NCBI GenBank assembly: GCA_963765675.1 | Contig: CAVXXK010000001.1 | Span: forward strand, 2,368,001-2,432,000 | Length of the DNA stretch: 64,000 nucleotides | Direction of reading: 5' to 3' | Source of the DNA: an uncultured delta proteobacterium | Lineage (GTDB): Bacteria > Desulfobacterota > Binatia > Binatales > Binataceae | In this document: positions 38,728 to 49,194 of the stretch, one piece after another | Layout of the letters: every line of letters begins with the position of its first letter | How positions within the stretch are numbered: the first letter of the stretch is position 1 | The notes under the pieces: generated by a model | What the model was told of the DNA's origin: nothing | What the model saw: the letters and a program-made list of their open reading frames with translations, nothing else | Databases searched by the model: none | Program-made: the position numbers and the translations under genes

Positions 38728-40749
38728 TCAGATCAGATCGCGCGGGATGTTATTTTCCCACGTCTGTTCGAAGATGACCTTGCCGCCCCGACTCGCACTA
38801 ATCGATTCCGTCAGATGAAAATGCGAGGCGGTCGATGTCAGTTCAAATGACGCGATGACCGCGGCTTCCCAACCGTCGCGCTTATAGCTAGTGGCGTAGC
38901 TGCCGTGCCATCGCGAGCTGTCCGGCTGGCCGGCTTTGATCTCGCGGAACCAGTCGATTCGGTTGAAGACTTCGGTACCGGTGTCTTTGACTACTCGTCG
39001 GTTCTCGGACTGTCGGCGAATTACTATTCGGCCTTCCTGATCAGGTCCGGAAATACTAATTGCCGGGCGCAGCGCTTTCGCCGAGAGATGGGAGTCGCGA
39101 ATCAGGGGAATCGGCATCGAGGGTTCGACATGCGGAGTTGTTCGGCGCGGGAGCGTAAGCGTTGATTGCCCAGTCGCGATGGTCAGTGTGACCGGCTCGG
39201 GCGAGGGCCACACGAGCGGCCACAGACTTTCCGAAATCGCGACGCGAATCCGATTGCCCTTGGAGAATCGATGCGCGGCGAAGTTGAGCTTCACCTTGAC
39301 GTCGTAGAAATGTCCCGGAGACAACGGGTCCGGATCCTCGTGGCCGTCGCGATGAGTCAGGTTGAGCAGTCCATAACATACGAGCCACGATTTGCCGGCA
39401 GTATCGACCTCGGTCAGCCTGACTGCGACCTGAGCGACGGGCGAGTCTGAGCTGATGCACAGATCCGCGCACGGATTGCCCAGCATTTCGAGATCGTGCG
39501 TGAGCGGTTGAGAGTCGAGACTGAATGAGTTTGCGTCATCTGGACCTTGTTCTAACGGAAGGTCTTCGCTCATTGAACCGGGCAGCCATTCGCGCGCGCA
39601 GAGTCCAACCAGCGTATTCGCGGGATAGCCGACATTCTCGCGCTGGCTCGGGTTAGGAGAGAGCCCATCATAATTGAGCGATAATTCAAGGTGCGAGATG
39701 TCCGAGGACGGCCATCTCTGTTCACCAATCCAGCGACCCGGAGTATCTTCCGGAAACGAGTGGGCCGCTGTTTTCTCGGGCATGAAGACTCGGAGCATCG
39801 GCTCATGCATGATTCCGGTTTCGTTTCCATTCAGCCACTGGTCCCACCAGCGTACTTCCTCGAATACCCAGTCCAGTCCAGGGCCGGGTACGCCAAATTG
39901 CGGATAGGTATGTGCCCAAGGACCAACTAACGCCCGGCGTGGAACCCTCAAATGCTCGAGCAGGCGAGGAATGGCATTGTTGTAAGTATCTACTAGCCCG
40001 CCGACTAGATAGACAGGACATTTGATACGGCTATAGTCAATACTTGCTGAGCCGTGTTGCCAAAACTCGTCTGCGTGCTGATGCATTAGCCAGTTGGCGA
40101 GCACCGGGTGCGCCGAGTGAAGCCGTTGCAGCCACATCTCGTTCCATCGATCGCCGACGATCGCCGGATCGGGCGGTCCGATCATCACGTTCTGAAACGC
40201 GTTGCCCCAACTGAAATTGCAGAATCCCAATGCACCGCCGATATAGTGAGCGTCGTCGGTGAAACGATTGTCGGAGCAGCAGAACGCAATCGCGGCTTTC
40301 AGTGCCGGAGGTGCGATCGCCGCGGTTTGCAGCGTACTGAAGCCGCCCCACGAGATGCCTCGCATTCCTACGGAGCCATTCGACCACGGCTGACGCGCCA
40401 GCCATGCGATCACCTGGGCGGCGTCGGTCTGTTCCTGCGGCAAATATTCGTCGAGCAGAACGCCCTCGGAATCGCCTGATCCCCGAATATCCACACGCAC
40501 ATAAGCAAAGCCGTACTGCGCGAATTGGGTACCCCATGCGTCGTCGAGGGCTCGGGTCAGGTCACGCTTTCGATAGGGAATGTACTCGAGCACGACGGGA
40601 ACCGGAGCGCGTCGCGCGTCCTCCGGCATCCAGAGCCGCGCGGCCAGACGAATCCCGTCCTCGAGCGGAATCCATTCGTTCTCAGTAACCGCGACGGGCC
40701 GGGTTGGAGGAAGAGTCAAAATGCCCAGATCCCGATCATCAACCGACAT
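38728..40749 (-). CDS. CocE/NonD family hydrolase
   Basis: LEYIPYRK, DIRGSGDSEG, GISWGG, GPWAH; the ORF-track N-terminal extension is antisense to the AKR gene. Confidence 0.9.
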   Translation of the reverse strand: MSVDDRDLGILTLPPTRPVAVTENEWIPLEDGIRLAARLWMPEDARRAPVPVVLEYIPYRKRDLTRALDDAWGTQFAQYGFAYVRVDIRGSGDSEGVLLDEYLPQEQTDAAQVIAWLARQPWSNGSVGMRGISWGGFSTLQTAAIAPPALKAAIAFCCSDNRFTDDAHYIGGALGFCNFSWGNAFQNVMIGPPDPAIVGDRWNEMWLQRLHSAHPVLANWLMHQHADEFWQHGSASIDYSRIKCPVYLVGGLVDTYNNAIPRLLEHLRVPRRALVGPWAHTYPQFGVPGPGLDWVFEEVRWWDQWLNGNETGIMHEPMLRVFMPEKTAAHSFPEDTPGRWIGEQRWPSSDISHLELSLNYDGLSPNPSQRENVGYPANTLVGLCAREWLPGSMSEDLPLEQGPDDANSFSLDSQPLTHDLEMLGNPCADLCISSDSPVAQVAVRLTEVDTAGKSWLVCYGLLNLTHRDGHEDPDPLSPGHFYDVKVKLNFAAHRFSKGNRIRVAISESLWPLVWPSPEPVTLTIATGQSTLTLPRRTTPHVEPSMPIPLIRDSHLSAKALRPAISISGPDQEGRIVIRRQSENRRVVKDTGTEVFNRIDWFREIKAGQPDSSRWHGSYATSYKRDGWEAAVIASFELTSTASHFHLTESISASRGGKVIFEQTWENNIPRDLI

Positions 40750-40929
40750 CAGAGTTGCCTCACGTTCCCACTCCTTCGGCACTATCGCCGAATCGATGCG
40801 GGAGCTTGCGGGAGCAGAGTATAGCATCGCGCCGCGATTGGGTACGGGCATCGCCGTTTCACCGTTTCGGGCGGCGGATGCTTTTGCAATAATGAGCGAT
40901 GCGACTGCGTCAGGCAGCGGAGGTGCGTT

Positions 40930-41820
40930 GTGATTGAGACAAGTGCATTCGGCAAGACCGGTCATCAGAGCACGCGAGTCATCTTCGGCGCTGCCGCGCT
41001 GGGCGCGATGAATCAGGCCAAGGCGGACGCGGTGCTCGAGACACTGCTCGAGTACGGCATCAACCATATCGACACCGCCGCATCGTACGGCGAATCGGAG
41101 CTGCGAATCGGTCCCTGGATGCGCGAGCATCGCAAACGCTTCTTCCTCGCCACCAAGACTGGCGATCGAACCTACAGCGGCGCGCGCGACAGTGTGCATC
41201 GCTCGCTCGAACGATTGCGCGTTGACCATGTCGATCTGATCCAGATGCACAATCTCGTCGATGAGAAAGAATGGGAGACCGCGTTCGGACCCGCAGGCGC
41301 GCTCGAAGCGCTGGTCGAGGCGCGAGCGCAGGGGCTCGTGCGCTTCATCGGCGTTACCGGACACGGAACGCGAGTCGCCGCGATGCATCTGAAGAGCCTC
41401 GGGCGCTTCGCGTTCGACTCGGTGCTGTTTCCGTACAACTTTACGATGCTGAATATCGCGCAATATGCCGCCGATGCCGAAGCCTTGATCAAGCTCTGCA
41501 ACGAGCGCGGTGTCGCGACGCAGACGATCAAATCAGCCGCGCGACGGCGCTGGCAAGATGCCTCGAAAGCTCAGCAGGAGCCCAAGTACAGTTGGTACCA
41601 GCCGCTTCGAGATCGCGACGCGATCCGGCGCGCGGTATCTTTCGTGCTGAGCCGCCCCGGCCTGTTTCTCAATAGCTCGAGCGACGCGACGATACTGAAA
41701 CCGATTCTCGATGCGGCGAGCGCACCCGCCGTGCGGCCCGATCGCGCCGCGATGGAAGCCGACGTCAAAGACTACGCGATGGAGCCGCTGTTCATCCCCG
41801 GCGTGTCGGACACGATCTAG
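40930..41820 (+). CDS. Aldo/keto reductase
   Basis: GINHIDTAASYG, LATK, SLERLRVDHVDLIQMH, IGVTGH. Confidence 0.92.
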   Translation: MIETSAFGKTGHQSTRVIFGAAALGAMNQAKADAVLETLLEYGINHIDTAASYGESELRIGPWMREHRKRFFLATKTGDRTYSGARDSVHRSLERLRVDHVDLIQMHNLVDEKEWETAFGPAGALEALVEARAQGLVRFIGVTGHGTRVAAMHLKSLGRFAFDSVLFPYNFTMLNIAQYAADAEALIKLCNERGVATQTIKSAARRRWQDASKAQQEPKYSWYQPLRDRDAIRRAVSFVLSRPGLFLNSSSDATILKPILDAASAPAVRPDRAAMEADVKDYAMEPLFIPGVSDTI

Positions 41821-41850
41821 CGCGAGCCGGGGTTCCTTGCGGGCGATTTC

Positions 41851-42391
41851 GTGAAGAGCTGCCGTATTCACATCACGGGAGCTTCAGGAGCCGGTGTGAC
41901 GAGCCTCGGCCGTGCGCTCGCGGATGCACTGGCGATTCCGCATCACGACGCGGACGATTATTTGTGGCGGCCGACAACGCCGCCGTATAGCCAGATGCGG
42001 GAGCCAGCCGATCGTCTCCGGCTGATGCGCGAGATGTTCCTGGAGCGCGCGGATTGGGTGCTGAGCGGCTCGCTCGCCGGCTGGGGCGATCCCATCATCC
42101 CGCTCTTTGATTTGGTGATTTTTCTGTACGCTCCGACCGCGGTGCCGCTTGCGGCGTTTGCGTGCTCGGGAAGCGAGGCACTTCGGCGCCGATGCCGTCG
42201 CTGTCGGCGGCTGGCATCACCAGGCAACAGAAGAATTCATTGAGTGGGCATCTCACTACGACGACGGCGGTGCAAGCCGCAATTCAGCACTGCATAAGGC
42301 CTGGCTTGCCGCACTCCCGTGCCGTGTCCTGCGTATGGATGGAACACGCCCACTGTCCAATCTCGTGAAGGAAGTTCGCGCGACGATTTAG
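41851..42391 (+). CDS. Adenylate kinase-like P-loop protein, apparent frameshift near 42145
   Basis: IHITGASGAGVTSLG, DADDYLW, WVLSGS; continues as RLRARE...FIEWASHYD in the 42149 frame. Confidence 0.8.
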
Positions 42392-42532
42392 AAGGGCGGA
42401 CACGCCGTCCGCGTTTCCTCTGGATGACCCCGAGTGGACGGGCCCGTCCTGATAGTGTATCACTCCACTGGATTCAAGATCGCGCATCCTCGGGCTTTGA
42501 TACTCGCGGGCGCGAGGTAAAGGTGGGCTGGA

Positions 42533-42928
42533 TTGAAAAGACTGCTGCTCGCGCTCGGAATGATTTGCCTGTGCATGGCCTCAGGATGTTTCGAGTGGAC
42601 TGAGGATTCACAAGGCAGCCTCAGATCCGTCGGCTTGCCGGGCATGCCAGTCTGGCAATCCAAGACTCCAGAGCCTCCTCTGACTACCAGCTTCGGTCTC
42701 ACGCCGGATGAGGCTTCGAAACTGAGTAAAACGGTTCTCGTGATGCCCGCGACGCCGCCCTCGAGGGCGGTGCGTTACCAGTTTTATCCCATAGGCAAAG
42801 AACACTGTCAGGCTGACCTCGAAAAGAAGCTGGCCGAACGGGCGCAGCTCAACGAAACCGGGCCCGCGCCGTACTGCACCGACAATCCCACGGCGCCGAC
42901 GACCAAGGGTAACGCTTTGATTCTCTGA
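42533..42928 (+). CDS. Hypothetical lipoprotein
   Basis: MKR plus hydrophobic stretch plus MASGC lipobox. Confidence 0.7.
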   Translation: MKRLLLALGMICLCMASGCFEWTEDSQGSLRSVGLPGMPVWQSKTPEPPLTTSFGLTPDEASKLSKTVLVMPATPPSRAVRYQFYPIGKEHCQADLEKKLAERAQLNETGPAPYCTDNPTAPTTKGNALIL

Positions 42929-42991
42929 TAAACGCGGAAGCGAGATGGTCAGAACCGTTTCGAAGATTCACCCCAGGGGAGTGGTCCGCGG

Positions 42992-44452
42992 ATGCTGAGA
43001 AAAGCGCAGCCCGCGCGCCTGCTCGCGCTAGAGCATCGCGCCCCAAACCCTCGTTTGGCGCTGCTCGAACGCGGTGAGACGGCGATAGGAAGAGCCGACG
43101 GCAGCGCGGTCAAAATCACGGCCGGAGATGTCGCGCCGCGACAAGCACTCATTAGCTATAAGCGCGGACATTACTATATACGCGATCTCAGTTCACCCAA
43201 CGGCACTTTTCTCAATGATCGCCGTGTTCGCCGCCGCCGTGTTCTCTCGCATGATGACCGCTTGCGCTTCGGCGCCGCGACCGCATATCGATTCATCGAT
43301 CCTGATGCCGTCCTGCGCCGGCGGCATCGGCGAGTTCTGCAGGCCTCGATAGTACTTCTAGTCATCGTTGCCGGTGGGCTTGCTCATAGCGAGCGATGGG
43401 ACGGCGATGCGCTGTCGTCGGCTACCGCGACGAGGCTTTTCGCATCGGCGCGGTCCTACGCGAGCTCGATCGTCGCGGATGTTTCGTCGCCTGCGCAGGG
43501 CGTGGCAGCGGCTGAGCCTTCTCCGGCCGGCACGATGAGTCCGAATCAAGCAACCCCGGCACATGTCTCGTCTGGAAAAACAGCTGATCGAATCGTGACC
43601 AAGGCGCGAGCAGATGCGCCCGATCCGTCGGCATCATCGAGTCCAACGTCGCCGGTTTGGCTCTCGCGGCTCAATCATTTCCGTGCGATTTCTCAGCTTG
43701 GAATGTTGCACGAGGATCCAGCGATAAGTGCCGCCGCTCGGGCGCATTCGCACTATCTCCTCGCCAACTATGCCGACAAGATTAGCGGCGGAGAGCCGCT
43801 CGGCGACGCCGGGCACGAAGAGAGTCCCGGCAAGACCGGATACTCGGTCGCAGGCGCTGCGATCGCGCCGAACGCGCAAATCGCGTGGGGATGCGGCCCT
43901 TACGACACCAGCGGTCAGATCGATCAGTGGATCGCGGGACCGTTCCATCGGCTTCCGATGCTGGATCCGTTTCTGATCCAGGTCGGTTTCGGCGAAGCCG
44001 CGGACAATGGATGCTGGGTTGCCGCGCTGCGTCTGGCCGCGCCGGACGAGCATCCGGCGCCGTATGCCAGGGCGATTGAATTTCCGCCCGACGGTGTACC
44101 CGTCCCGATCAACTGGTCGGGGGTTGAGTTTCCGAATCCAATCACGAGTTGCCCCGGCTACGAAATGCCAGTTGGTCTCCCGATAACGCTTCAACTCGGA
44201 CGGCTCTACGATGCGCAGTTGACGGCGCATTCTCTGACCGTGGACGGCGCCGTGATAGAGAGTTGCGCGTTCGATGCGCGCGCGTACCAGAACCCCGACG
44301 CCGCCGCGCAGGAATATGGCCGATGGGCGCTGCGCAGCTCGGGCGCGGTGGTGGTGATACCGCGCGCGCCGCTCGATCCGGGCAAGCGCTATTCGGTTTC
44401 AATCACCGCGCATGGACAGACCTACGCGTGGACGGTTCGCGTGGGAAACTGA
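42992..44452 (+). CDS. FHA domain - TM - CAP (SCP) domain protein
   Basis: IGR...DLSSPNGTFLN...LRFG (FHA); LNHFRA, AHSHY and WIAGPFHRLPML (CAP). Confidence 0.8.
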   Translation: MLRKAQPARLLALEHRAPNPRLALLERGETAIGRADGSAVKITAGDVAPRQALISYKRGHYYIRDLSSPNGTFLNDRRVRRRRVLSHDDRLRFGAATAYRFIDPDAVLRRRHRRVLQASIVLLVIVAGGLAHSERWDGDALSSATATRLFASARSYASSIVADVSSPAQGVAAAEPSPAGTMSPNQATPAHVSSGKTADRIVTKARADAPDPSASSSPTSPVWLSRLNHFRAISQLGMLHEDPAISAAARAHSHYLLANYADKISGGEPLGDAGHEESPGKTGYSVAGAAIAPNAQIAWGCGPYDTSGQIDQWIAGPFHRLPMLDPFLIQVGFGEAADNGCWVAALRLAAPDEHPAPYARAIEFPPDGVPVPINWSGVEFPNPITSCPGYEMPVGLPITLQLGRLYDAQLTAHSLTVDGAVIESCAFDARAYQNPDAAAQEYGRWALRSSGAVVVIPRAPLDPGKRYSVSITAHGQTYAWTVRVGN

Positions 44453-44461
44453 CGCGCGGGC

Positions 44462-44914
44462 CTATTTCACCCATCCCTTATCGTACGGCGCAGCCAGCGT
44501 GCCGATTGCGCGCAGATGCTTGATCTTCCACTGCCCGTTGACTTTAACGTAGTCGTCCTCGTAGCGCGCTCCGAGCCACATCGCGCGGTTGCCCTTGCGC
44601 ATCGTGAACGGCCCAAGGAAATACCAGCGGCCGGTCGCGCGATCGCCGTCAACTTCGATGATCGGATTCATCACGTTGTGCTGCGAGAAACTGATTCGTT
44701 CGCGAAAGCCCTCGAACAGCTTGCGAATCGCGGCATGCCCCTGGTTGACGCCGACGCCCGCGCCTTCCCAGATTCCATCCTCAGTGAATAAGGTGATGAT
44801 CTGGTCGGGATTGTGATCGTTATCGCATACCGCGCAGTAACGCGCTTTGAGTTTCTTGATCGCCTCGATATCTTCGAGCGTCGTGATCCGCTTGGCGAGC
44901 TCTTCAATATCCAT
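44462..44914 (-). CDS. SnoaL/NTF2-like protein
   Basis: LEDIEAIKKLKARYC, LFTEDG, HNVMNP, YEDDY, WKI. Confidence 0.9.
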   Translation of the reverse strand: MDIEELAKRITTLEDIEAIKKLKARYCAVCDNDHNPDQIITLFTEDGIWEGAGVGVNQGHAAIRKLFEGFRERISFSQHNVMNPIIEVDGDRATGRWYFLGPFTMRKGNRAMWLGARYEDDYVKVNGQWKIKHLRAIGTLAAPYDKGWVK

Positions 44915-44995
44915 TTCGACCCAACCTCCCGGCGAGATGTCTCCAAGCATTAGATTGCGCAACCGCCGTGCGTCAACCGCGAGAATGAAACGCGG

Positions 44996-46184
44996 ATGAC
45001 GGCGCGCGCGCGAACTTTCGACGCGATCATCATCGGCGCAGGCGCAGCCGGGATGATGTGCGCGATTACGGCCGGCCAGCGCGGCAAGAAAGTTCTGCTG
45101 CTCGACCGCGCCGAGCGGGTGGGCGCGAAAATTTTGATCTCCGGCGGCGGACGCTGCAATTTCACCAATCTGGATATCACACCAGAGCGGTTCCTGTCCG
45201 GTAATCCGCATTTCTGCAAATCGGCGCTCAGCCGCTACACCCAACACGATTTTATCGCGATGGTTGAGCAGCATCGGATCGCCTATCACGAAAAGACGCT
45301 CGGCCAACTATTCTGCGACGGATCCGCGCGAGAGATCGTCGCGATGCTGCTGGCGGAGTGCGCGGCTGTCGGCGTCGAGATCCGCACGGGATGCCGCGTT
45401 ACGGAAGTTGCGCGGAGCAGCCAATTCAACCTCGCAACTGGCCTGGGTGTATTCGCGGCGCCGGTCCTTGTGCTCGCTTGCGGAGGTCTGTCGATCCCGA
45501 AAATGGGCGCGACCGGCCTTGCCTACGATATCGCGCGCCGCTTCGGCCTCGCGATCGTCAAACCGCGCCCGGGTCTCGTGCCGGTGCGGATGGAGGGCGA
45601 GGCGCTCAAGCAGAGTCGCGCGCTCGCAGGAGTATCGGTTGATGCGATGGTCTCGTGCCGAGGCGCCGCGATTTCGCGAGAATATCCTGTTCACTCATCG
45701 CGGCCTCTCCGGTCCCGCGATCCTGCAGATCTCGTCCTACTGGCATCCGGGTGATTCACTCGAAATTGATTTGATGCCCGAGCATGACGCCGAGCGCCTC
45801 CTGCTCGACCGCAAGCGAACGCGGCCGAGAGCGGAGCTCAAGACGATCCTTGCAGAAGTCCTGCCGAACCGTCTGGCTGAGACGATCGCGGAGGCCGGTT
45901 CGCATGCAGGAGCAATCGCGAATCTTCCGGACCGCCGAATCATCGAAATAGCCGAGCGACTCAAGCGATGGCGGGTGCGGCCGAGCGAGACCGAAGGATG
46001 GGAAAAAGCCGAGGTCACGGTCGGCGGCATCGACACCGCTGGATTGTCGTCCAGAACGATGGAGGCGCGCGAGGTGCCGGGTCTCTACTGTATCGGCGAG
46101 GCGGTCGATGTCACCGGATGGCTCGGCGGATACAATTTCCAGTGGGCGTGGTCGAGTGGATGGTGCGCCGGCCAGGCGATATAG
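44996..46184 (+). CDS. HI0933/YhiN (BaiN-like) family flavoprotein, apparent frameshift near 45671
   Basis: IGAGAAG and ISGGGRCNFTN, then LFTHRGLSGP, AEVTVGG and GWLGGYNFQWAWSSG in the second frame. Confidence 0.9.
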
Positions 46185-46271
46185 CGCAACTCGATCGCGA
46201 GGAGCGACGCGGATCGAAGCGTGGCAAGATCAGTACCGGGAATGATAACTATCATGCTCGGAGGAATGGCC

Positions 46272-47147
46272 GTGAGCGCCAGTTTGACTGTCAGTCGGGA
46301 TACGATCGAGAAGTTCCGCCGCGACGGATTCGTCGTCGTTCCAAACCTGCTGTCAGAAGAGGAACTTGAACGATTCGGCGCCGCCGTCGACCGCGCGGTG
46401 CGCGGCCGCGGCAGCAACGATCATAGGACGCTCGCCGAGAAGTCGGCTTACGAACAGTCGTTCACCCAATGCATCAATCTCTGGGAAGACAATCCAGACG
46501 TGCTGCCGCTGACGTTTCATCGCAAGATATCCGAGGTGGCCGCCACGCTGATTGGCGTTCCTGCTTTGCGCCTGTGGCATGATCAGGCCCTCTACAAGGA
46601 ATCCGGCGGTCGCTACACCGAGCCGCATCAGGATCAGCCCTACTGGCCGATGGAGGAGCGCGACACTCTGACCGCATGGATTCCGTTTGACGGCTCGACC
46701 CACGAAACCGGATGCATGGGTTACGTGCCGGGCTCGCATCTGGTTGGCCTGCGCAAGTTTGTCAACATTTTTTCCGCCGACGAGAACGTGAAGATTCTCG
46801 AGGATCCCAAAATCGGCGGCGTGCCGCCGGTGTACGTGGAAGTTCCGCGCGGCGCGGTTGCCTTTCATCACGGATTGACGGTCCACATGGCGAAGCCAAA
46901 CCGGAGCGGCCGCACGCGCCGAGTGCATACCATGATCTATTTCCGCGACGGCGCGACGCGCAGCAAATCGTATGTTCATCCGAGCGTCGATCGTCCCGGA
47001 ATTAAAGTCGGCGAGCCGATCGCGAGCGACTTGACTCCGATCGTATGGCCGCGCGCCGAGGGCGATTGGCCGGTCCCACCGCGGTTTCCACTCACGGAAG
47101 TTCTCGCGCGGCTCAACATTCATGGCGCTCTGCCCGATATCAAATAG
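46272..47147 (+). CDS. Phytanoyl-CoA dioxygenase (PhyH) family Fe(II)/2OG oxygenase
   Basis: FRRDGF, PHQD, AWIP, VPGSH, HHGLTVH; GTG after GGAGGA. Confidence 0.88.
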   Translation: MSASLTVSRDTIEKFRRDGFVVVPNLLSEEELERFGAAVDRAVRGRGSNDHRTLAEKSAYEQSFTQCINLWEDNPDVLPLTFHRKISEVAATLIGVPALRLWHDQALYKESGGRYTEPHQDQPYWPMEERDTLTAWIPFDGSTHETGCMGYVPGSHLVGLRKFVNIFSADENVKILEDPKIGGVPPVYVEVPRGAVAFHHGLTVHMAKPNRSGRTRRVHTMIYFRDGATRSKSYVHPSVDRPGIKVGEPIASDLTPIVWPRAEGDWPVPPRFPLTEVLARLNIHGALPDIK

Positions 47148-47173
47148 CAATCAGACAGGAACTGAATAGCAAT

Positions 47174-47959
47174 ATGGATCTTCAGCTCAAGGGAAAATCG
47201 GCGCTGATATTTGGCGGCAGCAAGGGAATCGGACGCGGATGCGCCGACGCGCTGGCGGCAGAGGGAGTCGCAGTCGCGCTGGTTGCCAGAACCCAGGAAC
47301 CGCTTGATCGCTCGGTTTCCGAAATCAATTCGCATGGAGGACGCGCGATCGGAATCGCGGCGGACCTGGCCGATTGGGCAAGCATCGAGCGCGCGGTGAA
47401 GACCGCACGCGAGAAGCTCGGCGCAATCGACATCTTGCTGAACAACTCCGGCGGTCCTCCGCCTTCCGGCGTGGTGGGCGTCGCGCCGGAAGTCTGGGAG
47501 AGCCAGTTCCACGCGATGGTGCTGGCGATCTTCCGAATCACCGATCTGGTTGTCCCGGAAATGCGCGCGCGCAAATGGGGCCGGATTCTTAACATCGCAT
47601 CGTACAGCGTCATCGAGCCGATTGCCGCTATTGGCGTTTCCAATACACTGCGCAGCGCGATTGTCGGATGGGCCAAGACGCTTGCGGGAGAGACCGCGCG
47701 CGACGGGATCACGGTGAACACGCTCCTGCCCGGCGTGATCGCCACCGACCGCGCGATTTCGCTCGGCCGTGCCGCGGCGGAGCGTCAGAAAATCCCGGTC
47801 GAGGAGGCCGCACGCCGCACCGCGCAGATGATCCCGGTCGGCCGGATGGGAACGCCCCAGGAATTTGGCGCAGTGGCCGCCTTCCTCGCGAGTCCGCTGG
47901 CCGCCTACGTGACAGGATCGCTAATCAGAATCGACGGCGGTCTCGTGCGATCGGTGTGA
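47174..47959 (+). CDS. SDR family oxidoreductase
   Basis: MDLQLKGK, GGSKGIG, NNSGGPP, SNTLR, IDGG. Confidence 0.92.
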   Translation: MDLQLKGKSALIFGGSKGIGRGCADALAAEGVAVALVARTQEPLDRSVSEINSHGGRAIGIAADLADWASIERAVKTAREKLGAIDILLNNSGGPPPSGVVGVAPEVWESQFHAMVLAIFRITDLVVPEMRARKWGRILNIASYSVIEPIAAIGVSNTLRSAIVGWAKTLAGETARDGITVNTLLPGVIATDRAISLGRAAAERQKIPVEEAARRTAQMIPVGRMGTPQEFGAVAAFLASPLAAYVTGSLIRIDGGLVRSV

Positions 47960-47990
47960 TTAAATCGAGCAGAAGGCAAATGAGGTATCG

Positions 47991-48392
47991 ATGATGAGCG
48001 CATCTGAGAACAAAGAAATAATCCGTAAGATGTTCGCCGAGCTGGCCAAAGGGAATGCGGCGGCATTCATGTCCGCAATGGCCGACGATATCAAGTTCAC
48101 GATTATCGGCACCACCAAATATTCCGGCATCTTCAAAGGCAAGCAGGAATTGGCCGGAAAGCTGCTCGGACCGCTCGGCGCGGAGCTCGAAGGCGGACTG
48201 GTTATAACGCCGGAGAACCTGATCGCCGACGGCGATTTCGTAGCGATGCAGGCGCGCGGAAAGTCGCTCGCGAAGAATGGAAAACGCTACGACAATACCT
48301 ATTGCCAGATCTTCCGAATCTCAGACGGCAAGATTCGCGAAATCACGGAATATCTCGATACAGAGCTGGTGACCGAGGCGTTCGGCAAATAA
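47991..48392 (+). CDS. SnoaL-like (NTF2) protein
   Basis: IADGDFV, YDNTYC, GKIREITEYLDT. Confidence 0.88.
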   Translation: MMSASENKEIIRKMFAELAKGNAAAFMSAMADDIKFTIIGTTKYSGIFKGKQELAGKLLGPLGAELEGGLVITPENLIADGDFVAMQARGKSLAKNGKRYDNTYCQIFRISDGKIREITEYLDTELVTEAFGK

Positions 48393-48444
48393 GACGCGCG
48401 TTATAGGATCGAAGCGCGCGCGATTCCGTGGGGGGGACGAACTC

Positions 48445-49194
48445 ATGGCCTATGATATCCATCCGCGGTCGTTCGGAGAGATTTTGGACCTTGGGTTCCG
48501 GGTCGTACGCGACAACATAGTTCTTCTGGCCGGAATCGCCGCTGTTGTCTTCATCCCTTTGGCCGTTCTGCAGATGATCAGCAGCTCGGCCGCGTTCAGC
48601 CTGATCGGGCTCATCTTCTTGTTGATTGTTGCGCCGTTCATGCAGGCTGCTCTCACGGTTGCTATTGCCAATGTGTATCTCGGAAGGCCGACTACGATCG
48701 ATGGCGCATATAGATCGGTCAGGCCGATAATCGTTCCTTATCTCGGCACCTTCCTGCTGATCTATCTGCTGATCGTTGTGGGGTTCGTGTGTCTGCTCAT
48801 CCCCGGATTCTATGTCATGGTCTGCTGGTCACTGGCCGCACAGGTGATGATTATCGAGCGGCGCTTCGGGGTGGAAACCATGAAGAGAAGCCGCGCGCTG
48901 GTGCGCGGCGCATGGTGGGCGACGCTGGGAATCGCGCTGGCGGCGGGCGTGATTTCCGAAGTGCCGACGCTGGCGCTGTCGGCGTTGTGGACATTTATTC
49001 CATTTTTCAGTCCGCTTCTGACCGGGGCCACTCGATCGGTTACCGCGACCTACGCTTCGGCCGTGATCGTGATCTACTATTTCGATCGGCGCTGCAGGAT
49101 CGAAGACTTCGATCTGCGACTTCTTGCCGAGCAGATTCGCTCCGAGGGCCAACCGGGTCCGGTGCCCTCGGCCGGAGTTTCGACCGTTGCCTGA
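48445..49194 (+). CDS. Multi-pass membrane protein, first gene of the MoxR cluster
   Basis: PRSFGEILD, MKRSRALVRG.WW, YFDRRCRIEDFDL. Confidence 0.8.
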   Translation: MAYDIHPRSFGEILDLGFRVVRDNIVLLAGIAAVVFIPLAVLQMISSSAAFSLIGLIFLLIVAPFMQAALTVAIANVYLGRPTTIDGAYRSVRPIIVPYLGTFLLIYLLIVVGFVCLLIPGFYVMVCWSLAAQVMIIERRFGVETMKRSRALVRGAWWATLGIALAAGVISEVPTLALSALWTFIPFFSPLLTGATRSVTATYASAVIVIYYFDRRCRIEDFDLRLLAEQIRSEGQPGPVPSAGVSTVA

